A stretch of 51,394 nucleotides of DNA. It comes from Spirochaetaceae bacterium. Its GTDB lineage: Bacteria; Spirochaetota; Spirochaetia; Treponematales; Breznakiellaceae. The stretch spans positions 1 through 51,394 of the forward strand of contig JAISLM010000021.1 in the NCBI GenBank assembly GCA_031290855.1, written 5' to 3'. A model generated the notes under the pieces. That model was not told the DNA's origin. It saw only the letters and a program-made list of their open reading frames with translations, and did no database searches. Numbering within the stretch: position 1 is the stretch's first letter; each line of letters begins with the position of its first letter. Both the position numbers and the translations under genes were made by a program. Of the stretch, positions 25,161-33,350 are shown in pieces.

Positions 25161-25691
25161 GGAAGGGAAGCTCCTCCTTTATGTCCAAAAAAGCGTCAAA
25201 ACCCGGCGCTTGGCCGCGTTTTTTGGCAGCGCCCGCTCTTCTGCCCGCCCCGAAAATACATCGCTCCCCGTCAAGGTTTCGCGGAATTGGCCGCCCGCCG
25301 GCCCTCTGCGGCGCGCCGCCGGATCAAAAGCGAGGAAACCGTCCTTCATCACGCCCCGGTCAAACCCGGTTCACACCGGGATTTGGCTCCGCAGGGGCGT
25401 GTACGCCGCCCGTATCGTGCCCACTACACGGATTTCCGGCTTCTTCCGCGCACCGGCAAACGGCGGATCCGCCCCGCCGGACTCGCTTCCCCAGGCAGTT
25501 TCTCCATCGCGGACCTTATGCCGTACCCGCCGTCCGCATCCGGAAACCCTGTCATCCCCCGTATCATCGGCACCGGCGGATTACAACCCGGCTCCTCCGC
25601 TGGATGTGTTTTGCAACTTCATTATACCGGACCTGGCGATGTCTTTCCTGCGTCCCGCTATTTTCGCTTTTCAGATTTGATTTGGCCGGGT

Positions 25692-25859
25692 AAATGAACC
25701 TCCCCGCCACAAAACAGCGTCAAGCGTACGCGTGTGGATTGTGCCGCCGGCGCAACCCACAACGGCAAACCGCTATGCGGTTTGTGCCTGACGTTTTACC
25801 TCCTGCCTAACCTGATAAGGAGGGACACAAGGCGGTGGAGCAGACTCCGCTGCGAATGA
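25692..25859 (+). repeat. Family-A repeat, long structured form (A5, 168 nt)
   Basis: By eye it differs from A4 by ~15 substitutions and one 2-nt indel. Confidence 0.9.
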
Positions 25860-25949
25860 GCCTCCACGCGGCAAGCCCTAAACTTGACCCGCAAAATATT
25901 TCCTGACGAAAAGCTCCCCGCCGAGCCGCCGGAACGGTGTTTCCGGTCC

Positions 25950-26013
25950 GGCTTCTTTCCGTTTTTTCTCCGTATATTAAAGCAAACCGCGGGTTAATCG
26001 CCAATATATTTAC
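25950..26013 (+). repeat. Family-F module (IS-end-like), copy F2
   Basis: GGCTTCTTTCCGTTTTTTCTCCGTATATTAAAGCAAACCGC...TATATTTAC aligns with 31218-31280. Its first ~31 nt are the inverse of 1306-1336. Confidence 0.75.
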
Positions 26014-26613
26014 ATGAGACATTTAAGAATGCTGAAACAGGGCGTGTGGTACGAAATCAGTACCCGCGTCAACAACCGGGAACCCCTGTTTCGCGGGGGC
26101 CGGGCCCCGGCTCTGTTCGACCGGGTGTTCCGTGAGACCGCGAACAGGTTTGTCTTCGCGGTCCGGGGCTTAAGTCTTGCCGGCGACCGGCTGGCCTTTT
26201 ACATCAGGCCCGCGGACGGGTTCGAGCTGCCCGCGATAATGAAATGGCTGAAGCAGACCTTCGCCATTAGGTACAACAGGGACAATGGACGGACGGGACA
26301 CCTGTGGGGCGACCGGTACTGGTCGCGGATCCTGGAAGGGGAGCCGCCGGACGGCGTGGAGGCGGCGGGGGACTCCCCGGCCCTCTGCGGGGTCAGACCC
26401 GTAATCGGGCAACGCCTCGCAGGACGCATGGCGGCGGGAGTCCCGCCGGACGGCGGCAGGGTCAGACCCCACAGCGGGGAACGCCTCGCCGGACGCATGG
26501 CGGCGGGGGACTCCCCGGCCCTCTGCGGGGTCAGACCCCGCAGAGGGGAACGGACTGCCGGGGCCGCGTTTTCCCGTCTATACCCACTTACCATCGCCCC
26601 GGCGCCCGGATAA
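26014..26613 (+). CDS. IS200/RAYT-like Y1-transposase homolog, probably inactive
   Basis: GVWYEISTRVNNREPLF and GHLWGDRYWSRIL match conserved blocks of REP-associated tyrosine transposases. The HUH position reads LAFYIRP. The C-terminal third is a 69-bp tandem repeat instead of the catalytic-Tyr region. There is no RBS. Confidence 0.55.
   Translation: MRHLRMLKQGVWYEISTRVNNREPLFRGGRAPALFDRVFRETANRFVFAVRGLSLAGDRLAFYIRPADGFELPAIMKWLKQTFAIRYNRDNGRTGHLWGDRYWSRILEGEPPDGVEAAGDSPALCGVRPVIGQRLAGRMAAGVPPDGGRVRPHSGERLAGRMAAGDSPALCGVRPRRGERTAGAAFSRLYPLTIAPAPG
26361..26560 (+). repeat. Tandem ~69-bp repeat (~3 units) built from palindromes
   Basis: GGTCAGACCCC...GGAACGCCTCGC.GGACGCATGGCGGCGGG recurs at 26391 and 26460. 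GCGGCGGGGGACTCCCCGGCCCTCTGCGGGGTCAGACCC recurs at 26362 and 26500. It includes the perfect palindrome CTCTGCGGGGTC-A-GACCCCGCAGAG (26521-26545). Confidence 0.85.
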
Positions 26614-26617
26614 ACGG

Positions 26618-26722
26618 CATAATCCGCCCGTAGAATCTTAGCGGCCTCCATTTCCTCACCACACCGAACCCGCCCAGGGGGATACGTCTGCCCTGAAATC
26701 TGAATTGTGGGTCAAGTTTAGC
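26618..26722 (+). repeat. Family-B repeat, copy B3
   Basis: Starts 5 nt after the RAYT-like stop with CATAATCCGCCCG. It aligns with 14209-14316. Confidence 0.85.
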
Positions 26723-26750
26723 TTTGTATAGGGTGGGGGTGTTCCATTTT

Positions 26751-26930
26751 GGGCGCATCGCCGCTGCGCGGCGAGCGGGCTATCCGCTCCAATTCCGCAC
26801 AAACCGCGAAGCGGTTAAACCTCCCGCCCATGAAACGATTAAATCCCTTCCCTGTATCCCAGGTGGAGTTTTGCAAAGCAAAACTCCGAAAATAACCGCG
26901 CAACGGTTATTCCGCTTCTATCCATTGCGA
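26751..26930 (+). repeat. Family-C repeat, copy C2 (long form)
   Basis: The flanking blocks match the reverse complement of 8566-8650. The interior carries extra hairpins (GGAGTTTTGC-AA-GCAAAACTCC and AATAACCG-CGCAA-CGGTTATT). Confidence 0.75.
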
Positions 26931-27055
26931 GTCCTGGCCGACACAGGCATCAACGCAGCGGCACAGGGGTAAGCGGAACAACAAACGCTAGAAACCAATC
27001 CCCAAGAACCGGGCGTACCTGATGTCCCAGGAAAAGACGCAGAGTCCGCCCTCTA

Positions 27056-29914
27056 TTAGTGGAAGTCTCCCCAGCGTTTGCCGATTTCTACGCTTACCCG
27101 TAGCGGGACGGAGAGTTTGGCCGCATTTTCCATCACGCCGCGAACCAGGCGGGCCGTCGCCTCGCCTTCCTCTTCCGGGCCTTCCAGGATAAGTTCGTCA
27201 TGAACCTGAAGCAGCATACGCCAGCGCTTGTCTTCGGGATGGTCCTCGTTCACTTCCGTAAGAGCCTTGTCCAGGTCTATCATAGCGCGTTTCACGATGT
27301 CGGCGGCCGTTCCCTGAATCGGCGTATTGACGGCGATGCGCTGTGCGGCGGCCTTTTCGGTCTTGTTGGACGAATTGATCGTCGGTATGGCCCGGCGGCG
27401 GCCAAAAAGCGTCGAGACGTAGCCGTTTTTTTCCGCACCTTCAATAATATTGCTTAACAGGGCGCGGACCCCGCTGTAAGTTTTGAAGTAGGCGTCGATG
27501 AAAGAAACGGCTTCGGTACGGCTTATACCAAGCTCATCGCCAAGACGGAACGCGCTCATGCCGTACATCACGCCGAAGTTGATCACCTTGGCGATACGGC
27601 GCTGGGCCGCGTCAACCGCGCTTTCGTCAATGCCGAAGATACGCGCCGCCGTTTCCGCGTGTATGTCCTTGCCCGCGTTAAAGGCTGCGCTGAGCGCCTC
27701 GTCTTTGGAAAGGTGGGCCAGTACAACCAGCTCTATCTGGCTATAGTCGGCGGATACCAGAGTCATTCCCGGCGATGCGACAAAGGCCTCGCGGATACGC
27801 CTGCCTTCTTCGTCCCGGACCGGTATATTCTGTAGATTGGGGTCACGGCTGGAAAGGCGTCCGGTCGCGGTGCCGTTTTGGATAAAGCTGGTGTGGACAC
27901 GGCCCTTACTGTCGGCAATGGCCGGCAGAACGTCAACATAGGTGGACTTCAGCTTGCTGAGCGCCCGGTGCCGCAGGATAAGACCCGGAACGGGGTCGCT
28001 GCGGGCAAGCTCGGCGAGGACGGCCACGTCGGTGGAGTATCCGGTCTTTGTTTTTTTGCCCGGTTTGAGTCCGCGCTCCGTAAAAAGTATGTCCTGCAGC
28101 TGCTTTGGGGAAGACAGGTTGAACTTATGACCGACAATTTTCCATGTTTCAGCCTGGGTCCGTTCAATATCGACGCCAAGCTCCGCTCCGTAGGCGCGCA
28201 GGGCGGAGCTTTCTATCATTATCCCGGTGCCTTCCATCTTGGCCAGGATGGGCACGAGCGGCATTTCGAGCGTGTCGAACAGGGAACGCGAGCCGGTTTC
28301 GTTCATCTTTTCGTCCAGGACGGCCTTTATCCGCAGACAGAGGTCGGCGGCCTCCGCCGAATACCGGCAGGCGGTTTCAAGCGGCGTTTCGTGGAACAGG
28401 CCTCCCTTGGGGACTATCGAAAAGTAGCTTACCGCGTCGTAGCCCAGGTGATCGCGGGCAAGGGCCGAAAGAGCGTAGCTGGAACGTTCCGGCACACAGA
28501 GCCAGGCCGCAATCATCGTGTCATAGATCGAACAGCTCCAGCGGGGAAGCCCCCATACGCAGGAAACTTCGCAGTTGAACTTTACGTTATGCGCTATCAC
28601 ATTGACGGAACTGTCAGCCAGCAGAGGCGCGATCAGGGCGCGGACAGCCTTTTCCGGCAGACAGCGCTCGTCACGTGTCGAAGATGCCGGCCCGTGCGGG
28701 CACAGCGGGACATAGACCGCTTCGCGCACCTTCACGGCCAGGGACAGACCGACCAGTTTGTCGCGCCAGGCTTCGGGGGTGTCGGTCGCGAAATTCAGCG
28801 CGAAGTAACCCTGTCTGCGCGCCTCCTCAAGGAGGGCCTCCAATTCCTTTAGATCGAGAATAACCCTGTAAGAGCCAACCGGTTCACATGGCAAAACGTC
28901 ATCTTTTTCGGCGTTATCCATGCCGCTTTCACCGGCGGCGGCGTTACCGTAGCGCGGTTTTGCGCCGCCGTTGGCGTCTTCCAGCCCGTCCAAAGGCCCG
29001 TTCAGAAGTTCCTTGGCAAGAGACGGGATACTTTCCCGTACAAGAAAGGCCGCCCCCGCCCTGCGGTCAAGGTTTTCGATGCTGAGGCCGGACATGCCGC
29101 TTACCGGAAGCGGCACGTCTCCGCGCAGCGTGATCAGATCCCTGGAAAGGTAGGCGTTGTCCTTGCCCTCCGCCAGTTTTTTTGCCAGGCCGCTGTCGAT
29201 AGAGCCTATATTTTGATAGATTTGGTCCAGGGAGCCGTAGCGTGTCAGCAGCTTGACGGCGGTCTTATCGCCGATCCCTTTAACGCCCGGCACATTGTCC
29301 GAACTGTCGCCGGTCAGCGACAGCAAATCAAGGATTTTTTCGGGGGGAATCCCCCACTCCGCGCATACCTCGTCCCGTCCCATAGTCTGGTAGGGCAGCT
29401 TTGTAAGTTTGTTGTACTGCGAGACGGTTCCCGCCGACGTTTTTGAGGGGCGAAGCTGGATTATGCCGTCACCGACAAGCTGCAACAGGTCTTTATCGGA
29501 AGAAACGATGTAGCAGGGATACTTTTCGGCGCGGCACCTTTCGGCCAGTGTGGCTATCACGTCGTCCGCCTCGAAACCGTCAACCTTGAGGACGGGTATC
29601 TTCAGCGCATGAAGAAATTCCTCGACGAGCGGCACCTGGGCGTGCAGGTCTTCCGGCGCTTTCTGCCTCTGCGCCTTATACTGGGGGTACTGCTTGTGGC
29701 GGAAAGTGGGGGTACGCGAATCGAAAACGGCTGCAAGGAAGCGTACCCCGCTCCCGTTCCCGTCCAGAAGCGTGATCAAGGTACGGGCAAAGCCGAACAG
29801 GGCGGACATATTCTTGCCGTCCTTGTTCCGCAGCGGGCGCGAGATGAACGCGAAGTACGAGCGGTAAATCAGAGCGTAAGAGTCAACAAGGTAGAGGGCG
29901 TCAGGTTTGTTCAT
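27056..29914 (-). CDS. polA: DNA polymerase I
   Basis: 952 aa with an N-terminal 5'-3' exonuclease region, motif B RRIAKVINFGVMYGMSAF and motif C LLQVHDELILE. Confidence 0.96.
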   Translation of the reverse strand: MNKPDALYLVDSYALIYRSYFAFISRPLRNKDGKNMSALFGFARTLITLLDGNGSGVRFLAAVFDSRTPTFRHKQYPQYKAQRQKAPEDLHAQVPLVEEFLHALKIPVLKVDGFEADDVIATLAERCRAEKYPCYIVSSDKDLLQLVGDGIIQLRPSKTSAGTVSQYNKLTKLPYQTMGRDEVCAEWGIPPEKILDLLSLTGDSSDNVPGVKGIGDKTAVKLLTRYGSLDQIYQNIGSIDSGLAKKLAEGKDNAYLSRDLITLRGDVPLPVSGMSGLSIENLDRRAGAAFLVRESIPSLAKELLNGPLDGLEDANGGAKPRYGNAAAGESGMDNAEKDDVLPCEPVGSYRVILDLKELEALLEEARRQGYFALNFATDTPEAWRDKLVGLSLAVKVREAVYVPLCPHGPASSTRDERCLPEKAVRALIAPLLADSSVNVIAHNVKFNCEVSCVWGLPRWSCSIYDTMIAAWLCVPERSSYALSALARDHLGYDAVSYFSIVPKGGLFHETPLETACRYSAEAADLCLRIKAVLDEKMNETGSRSLFDTLEMPLVPILAKMEGTGIMIESSALRAYGAELGVDIERTQAETWKIVGHKFNLSSPKQLQDILFTERGLKPGKKTKTGYSTDVAVLAELARSDPVPGLILRHRALSKLKSTYVDVLPAIADSKGRVHTSFIQNGTATGRLSSRDPNLQNIPVRDEEGRRIREAFVASPGMTLVSADYSQIELVVLAHLSKDEALSAAFNAGKDIHAETAARIFGIDESAVDAAQRRIAKVINFGVMYGMSAFRLGDELGISRTEAVSFIDAYFKTYSGVRALLSNIIEGAEKNGYVSTLFGRRRAIPTINSSNKTEKAAAQRIAVNTPIQGTAADIVKRAMIDLDKALTEVNEDHPEDKRWRMLLQVHDELILEGPEEEGEATARLVRGVMENAAKLSVPLRVSVEIGKRWGDFH

Positions 29915-31120
29915 TCAGCTCACCAACTCGTCGCCCAGCATAAGGATTTGCCCGCTTTCCCGTTCATTGCGGAACCAGTCCATGAAGCTTTTGATCGCCG
30001 CGTCCGAGTCCTTTTTGGATATAAGCCCCATGAAGCGCAGTTCGTCTTCCACTTCAGCGCGGCGGCGGGTGGAAATGTTGGAAAGGATCTTTTCGGTAAA
30101 GGCTCCCTCGCGCCCCTTGACGAGCACGGCAATGTCCCGGATGTCCATTTCGCGCAGTTTTTGCTGTATCGGCTTGTTCTCCGCCTTGACCACGTCGTCC
30201 AGGGTGTAAAGGCGTTCCTTCAGCTTGCTGCTCAGGTCAGGGTCCTCGTCCGACAGCTCGTTCAGTATCCTGTCGCCAAAAGAGACGGCGGAATGTTTAA
30301 GGATCGCGGCCAGCGCCCCCATGCCGTCAACATCGCTGGTAACCAGCCCGCTTATGCTGCGGGCCTTCTCGCGCAGCACGGAGGCCGTCTTTTCGAGCGC
30401 TTCCGGCGAAATTTTGCCGAGCCGCCCGATACGGCGCACCGTTTCGAGCCGCCACGCCGGTTCCGCGCAGGCAAGCGCCTTTGCGGCCAGGGACGCGGAT
30501 ATCCGTGAAAGTATAACCGCGCCCGTCGCCGGAAGCTCGTCCCTCAGCAGCATGGCCACCTGCTCCCCCGAAAAATCCTCAAGGAAGCTGAACGAAGTTT
30601 CCTTTACGTCCGGAACGGAACGGCGCAGGAAGGCCTCGCCCTTTTCCGGGCCGAAGGCGGCGTACAAGAGGCGGCGGGCCTCCTCCAGACCGCCCGCCGC
30701 GCCGCCGGAGGAAAGGGACGACGAGAGCAGCCCCTGAAATTCGGCGAAAATCTCGGACGCCTCCTCCTTCGTTATGCCGCGAATATCGGCGATCTCGCGC
30801 GAAATGCTTTCGACCTGATCCTCGTCAAGGTTTGCAAGCACCTTGGCGGCCTGGTCGGGCCCTATCAGGATAAGGAACTTCGCGACTTTCCTCGCCTTGG
30901 ATTCCCTGCTGCCGCCGTCCCCGTCCGGCCCGCCGGGCGCCTGGCGGGCCGGTATCTTCGCAAAGGCCCCCGCCTTTTCGCGCCAGCCCTCCGGCCTGCC
31001 TTCCTCGTCTTTCACCGCTTCCGCTCCGGAAACTTCGGCTTTCACCGCCTGAGTTTGCTCCGGGGTCGCCCCTGCGCCGCGTTTGTACGCGGCCAGTTTT
31101 CGTTTTGTCTCAAGGTCCAT
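29915..31120 (-). CDS. fliG: FliG-family flagellar motor switch protein paralog with an N-terminal extension
   Basis: FliG-like AKFLILIGPDQAAKVLANLDEDQVESISREI and a C-terminal torque-domain-like region. There is a charged extension of ~75-85 aa. The stop codon directly abuts the polA start. Confidence 0.8.
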   Translation of the reverse strand: MDLETKRKLAAYKRGAGATPEQTQAVKAEVSGAEAVKDEEGRPEGWREKAGAFAKIPARQAPGGPDGDGGSRESKARKVAKFLILIGPDQAAKVLANLDEDQVESISREIADIRGITKEEASEIFAEFQGLLSSSLSSGGAAGGLEEARRLLYAAFGPEKGEAFLRRSVPDVKETSFSFLEDFSGEQVAMLLRDELPATGAVILSRISASLAAKALACAEPAWRLETVRRIGRLGKISPEALEKTASVLREKARSISGLVTSDVDGMGALAAILKHSAVSFGDRILNELSDEDPDLSSKLKERLYTLDDVVKAENKPIQQKLREMDIRDIAVLVKGREGAFTEKILSNISTRRRAEVEDELRFMGLISKKDSDAAIKSFMDWFRNERESGQILMLGDELVS

Positions 31121-31217
31121 CGCTCATAATAGCTGATAAATCCGTTTGTTGGTAAGTGGGGCGGCGTATGAATGAAGCTCCACGCCGCGCTTCGGGCCGG
31201 AAGGGCCTTTCCGCTTA

Positions 31218-31280
31218 GGCTCCTTTCCCTTTTTTCTCCGTCCGTTAAAGCAAATCGCAGGCAGGCGCCCGTATATTTAC
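31218..31280 (+). repeat. Family-F module, copy F3
   Basis: GGCTCCTTTCCCTTTTTTCTCCGTCCGTTAAAGCAAATCGC...GTATATTTAC aligns with 25950-26013. Confidence 0.75.
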
Positions 31281-31392
31281 GGGACTTTCCCAAAACTTCA
31301 GTTTTTGGCGGACAAGCTTCGCTTGGGAGACAAGCTTCGCTTGTCCGGCTGCCTTGGATTTATATGAAAAAACGGGACGGACTTTAGTCCAT
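31281..31392 (+). repeat. Family-E dispersed repeat, copy E2 (2 x 18-bp tandem at 31307-31342)
   Basis: Aligns with 11104-11262. Confidence 0.85.
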
Positions 31393-31513
31393 GCGCGTTT
31401 ACTTGGGGATAGGGTACAGCGGACGGAACACGTACCTTTGGTCCGGCGACTCCTCTGTTTTTCGTAACGTGCACAGCCGTACCGGCTTGTATACTTCTTT
31501 GGGAAAGCCTCTG

Positions 31514-32431
31514 TCATCCGGAATTTGACGGCTTTGTGGTAGTTGTTTTGATGATGCGGTTGTTGAGCCGCAGGCGTGAACGGTGTGCGAATACATAGAG
31601 AAGCAGGGCCAGAGCCGAAGGGATGCCCAGGAACGCGACGGAGGAGTCCTGAAAGAGGCCCTGAACGCTGAAGGAGAGGTTTTCCGCAAACGCGAAGACA
31701 AGGCTCGCGGCCAGGATGCCCCAGATGTTGCGGAAGCCCATGTAGACGGCGGCCAGTGCTATCCATGCACGGCTGCCCGCACCGCCCGGGGCGTAGACGC
31801 CGACCCTCAGGCTTAGGGCGCAGCCGGAAAGCGCGGCCAGGAAGGCCGCCGCCGTCCAGGAGGCTTCCCTGTAACGCCATCCGTTAAGGCCGCGTTCCAG
31901 GGCGGCGGGGCCGGAAAGTCCGACGGCTTTTAGGCGCAGTCCCCAAACGGTGCTTTTCAGGAAAAGCGCTTCGGCGGCAAGGCAGGCAAAAGCCGCGTAG
32001 ACAAACGGCGGCTGCGACGAAAGCAGGGCTCCCAACACGGGCAGTCCTTCGAGCGGCGCTATGCGCAGCGGGGCTTGCGCGGAGAAGGCCGCGTTCCGTA
32101 AAACGCCCGCCGTGCCGAAAAACCGCAGTGAAAGCGCCCCGCACAGGCCGTGGGCGGCAAGGTTCGTCGCTATTCCGGCCACGAAAGGGTCGGCGCCGCT
32201 CTTTCGCACGAAGCGGGCGAGCAAGAAGCCGCCGGCGGCGCACAGGAACGCGCTTATCAGGGTTCCCGCCGCCGTCGAACCGGTCCAGACTGTCAACGCG
32301 AAACATCCGAAGGAGCCCATGACAATGAAGCCTTCTATTCCGATCAGCAGGAAGCCGGCATACTCCGTAAGCAAGGCGCCCAGCGCGGCGGTCAGTACCG
32401 GCGCGGCGGCGTATAAGATGTTAAATCCCAT
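31514..32431 (-). CDS. ABC transporter permease (BMP/CUT2-type, second permease)
   Basis: Polytopic hydrophobic protein. It overlaps the upstream permease by 11 nt. Confidence 0.85.
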   Translation of the reverse strand: MGFNILYAAAPVLTAALGALLTEYAGFLLIGIEGFIVMGSFGCFALTVWTGSTAAGTLISAFLCAAGGFLLARFVRKSGADPFVAGIATNLAAHGLCGALSLRFFGTAGVLRNAAFSAQAPLRIAPLEGLPVLGALLSSQPPFVYAAFACLAAEALFLKSTVWGLRLKAVGLSGPAALERGLNGWRYREASWTAAAFLAALSGCALSLRVGVYAPGGAGSRAWIALAAVYMGFRNIWGILAASLVFAFAENLSFSVQGLFQDSSVAFLGIPSALALLLYVFAHRSRLRLNNRIIKTTTTKPSNSG

Positions 32432-33350
32432 GCGCTATCCCTTTTAAAAGCCGCGCCCTGGAGAATTTCACTGTGGCGAGCATCAGTATCAGCGCTTCCA
32501 GCAGTTGCGAGGCGTTGATGCTGATCACGGAGGAAAGCAGCGTCTGATCGACGCCCGACTTCAGCGTCGCGTAGAACAGGGCGGCCGGGAGCAGGGCGGG
32601 GAAACGGTTCCTGGCAATCAGCGCCACCGCCATGCCCGCCCAGCCCAGGCCGCCGCTGAAGCCCTGGTAGCAGAGGCCGTAGGTTCCGGCAACGGCAAAG
32701 AAGCCGCAGAGTCCGCCGAAAGCGCCTGACAAGCCCAGCGCCGGTACGGAAACCGAGTCCGCGTCTATTCCGCCGTAGCGGGCGAACGCGGGGCTGCCGC
32801 CGGCGATACGGAAGCGGTAACCGGCCCCCGTCCGGCTTATGAAAATGTGGGCCGTGACGCACAGGCCGACGGAAAAGACGAATGAAAGCGACAGGTTTGA
32901 CGGCGGCAGTATACGGGGCAGGCCCGCGCTGAAACGCGCCGTCGCCAGCATACTTCCGGCGCTGTCGCGGAGGGGCCCGGCGATAATGAAGTCCGCCACA
33001 GGCATCAGGGCGGAGGACAACAGGAATGTCGTGATCAGCGTGTTGGCCCCGGTGGTTTTCTTCAGAAAGGCGCAAAAGAGGCCCATCAACGCGCCGGTAA
33101 GCGCGGCGGCGGCGGCGGCAAGGCCGAGCGAAAGGCCGGGCGCTAAGCCGCCCGGCACGAAGAGCAGCGCGCAGGCGGCGGCAAGGCCGCCAAGGTATAT
33201 CTGCCCCTCCAGCCCCAGATTGAAAAGTCCGCCCCTGAACGCGAAGGCCGCCCCGATCGAGGCGCAGACGAGCAGCGCCGTGTAATCGAGAGTGTTTCCG
33301 GCAAACCATACAGAAGCCCAGGGGTTCGTCAGGAAGTGTACAAGGTTCAC
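32421..33350 (-). CDS. ABC transporter permease (BMP/CUT2-type, first permease)
   Basis: Polytopic hydrophobic protein. It overlaps the ATPase gene by 4 nt. Confidence 0.85.
   Translation of the reverse strand: MNLVHFLTNPWASVWFAGNTLDYTALLVCASIGAAFAFRGGLFNLGLEGQIYLGGLAAACALLFVPGGLAPGLSLGLAAAAAALTGALMGLFCAFLKKTTGANTLITTFLLSSALMPVADFIIAGPLRDSAGSMLATARFSAGLPRILPPSNLSLSFVFSVGLCVTAHIFISRTGAGYRFRIAGGSPAFARYGGIDADSVSVPALGLSGAFGGLCGFFAVAGTYGLCYQGFSGGLGWAGMAVALIARNRFPALLPAALFYATLKSGVDQTLLSSVISINASQLLEALILMLATVKFSRARLLKGIAHGI

Noticed and set aside
25026-25697. Three overlapping plus-strand ORFs (223, 170 and 156 aa) as genes
   Set aside because: They are mutually overlapping and low-complexity (Arg/Pro/Ala), with no RBS. 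They are best explained by stop-codon-poor composition over a transposase relic.
22801-25859. A4/A5 as a template/variable repeat pair of a diversity-generating retroelement
   Set aside because: The substitutions affect A, T, G and C rather than only adenines of one copy. No reverse transcriptase is present in the window. Neither copy lies at the 3' end of a target gene.
27200-30737. Plus-strand ORFs (up to 324 aa) antisense to polA and fliG
   Set aside because: For the same reason: Arg/Gly-rich antisense frames of bona fide genes.
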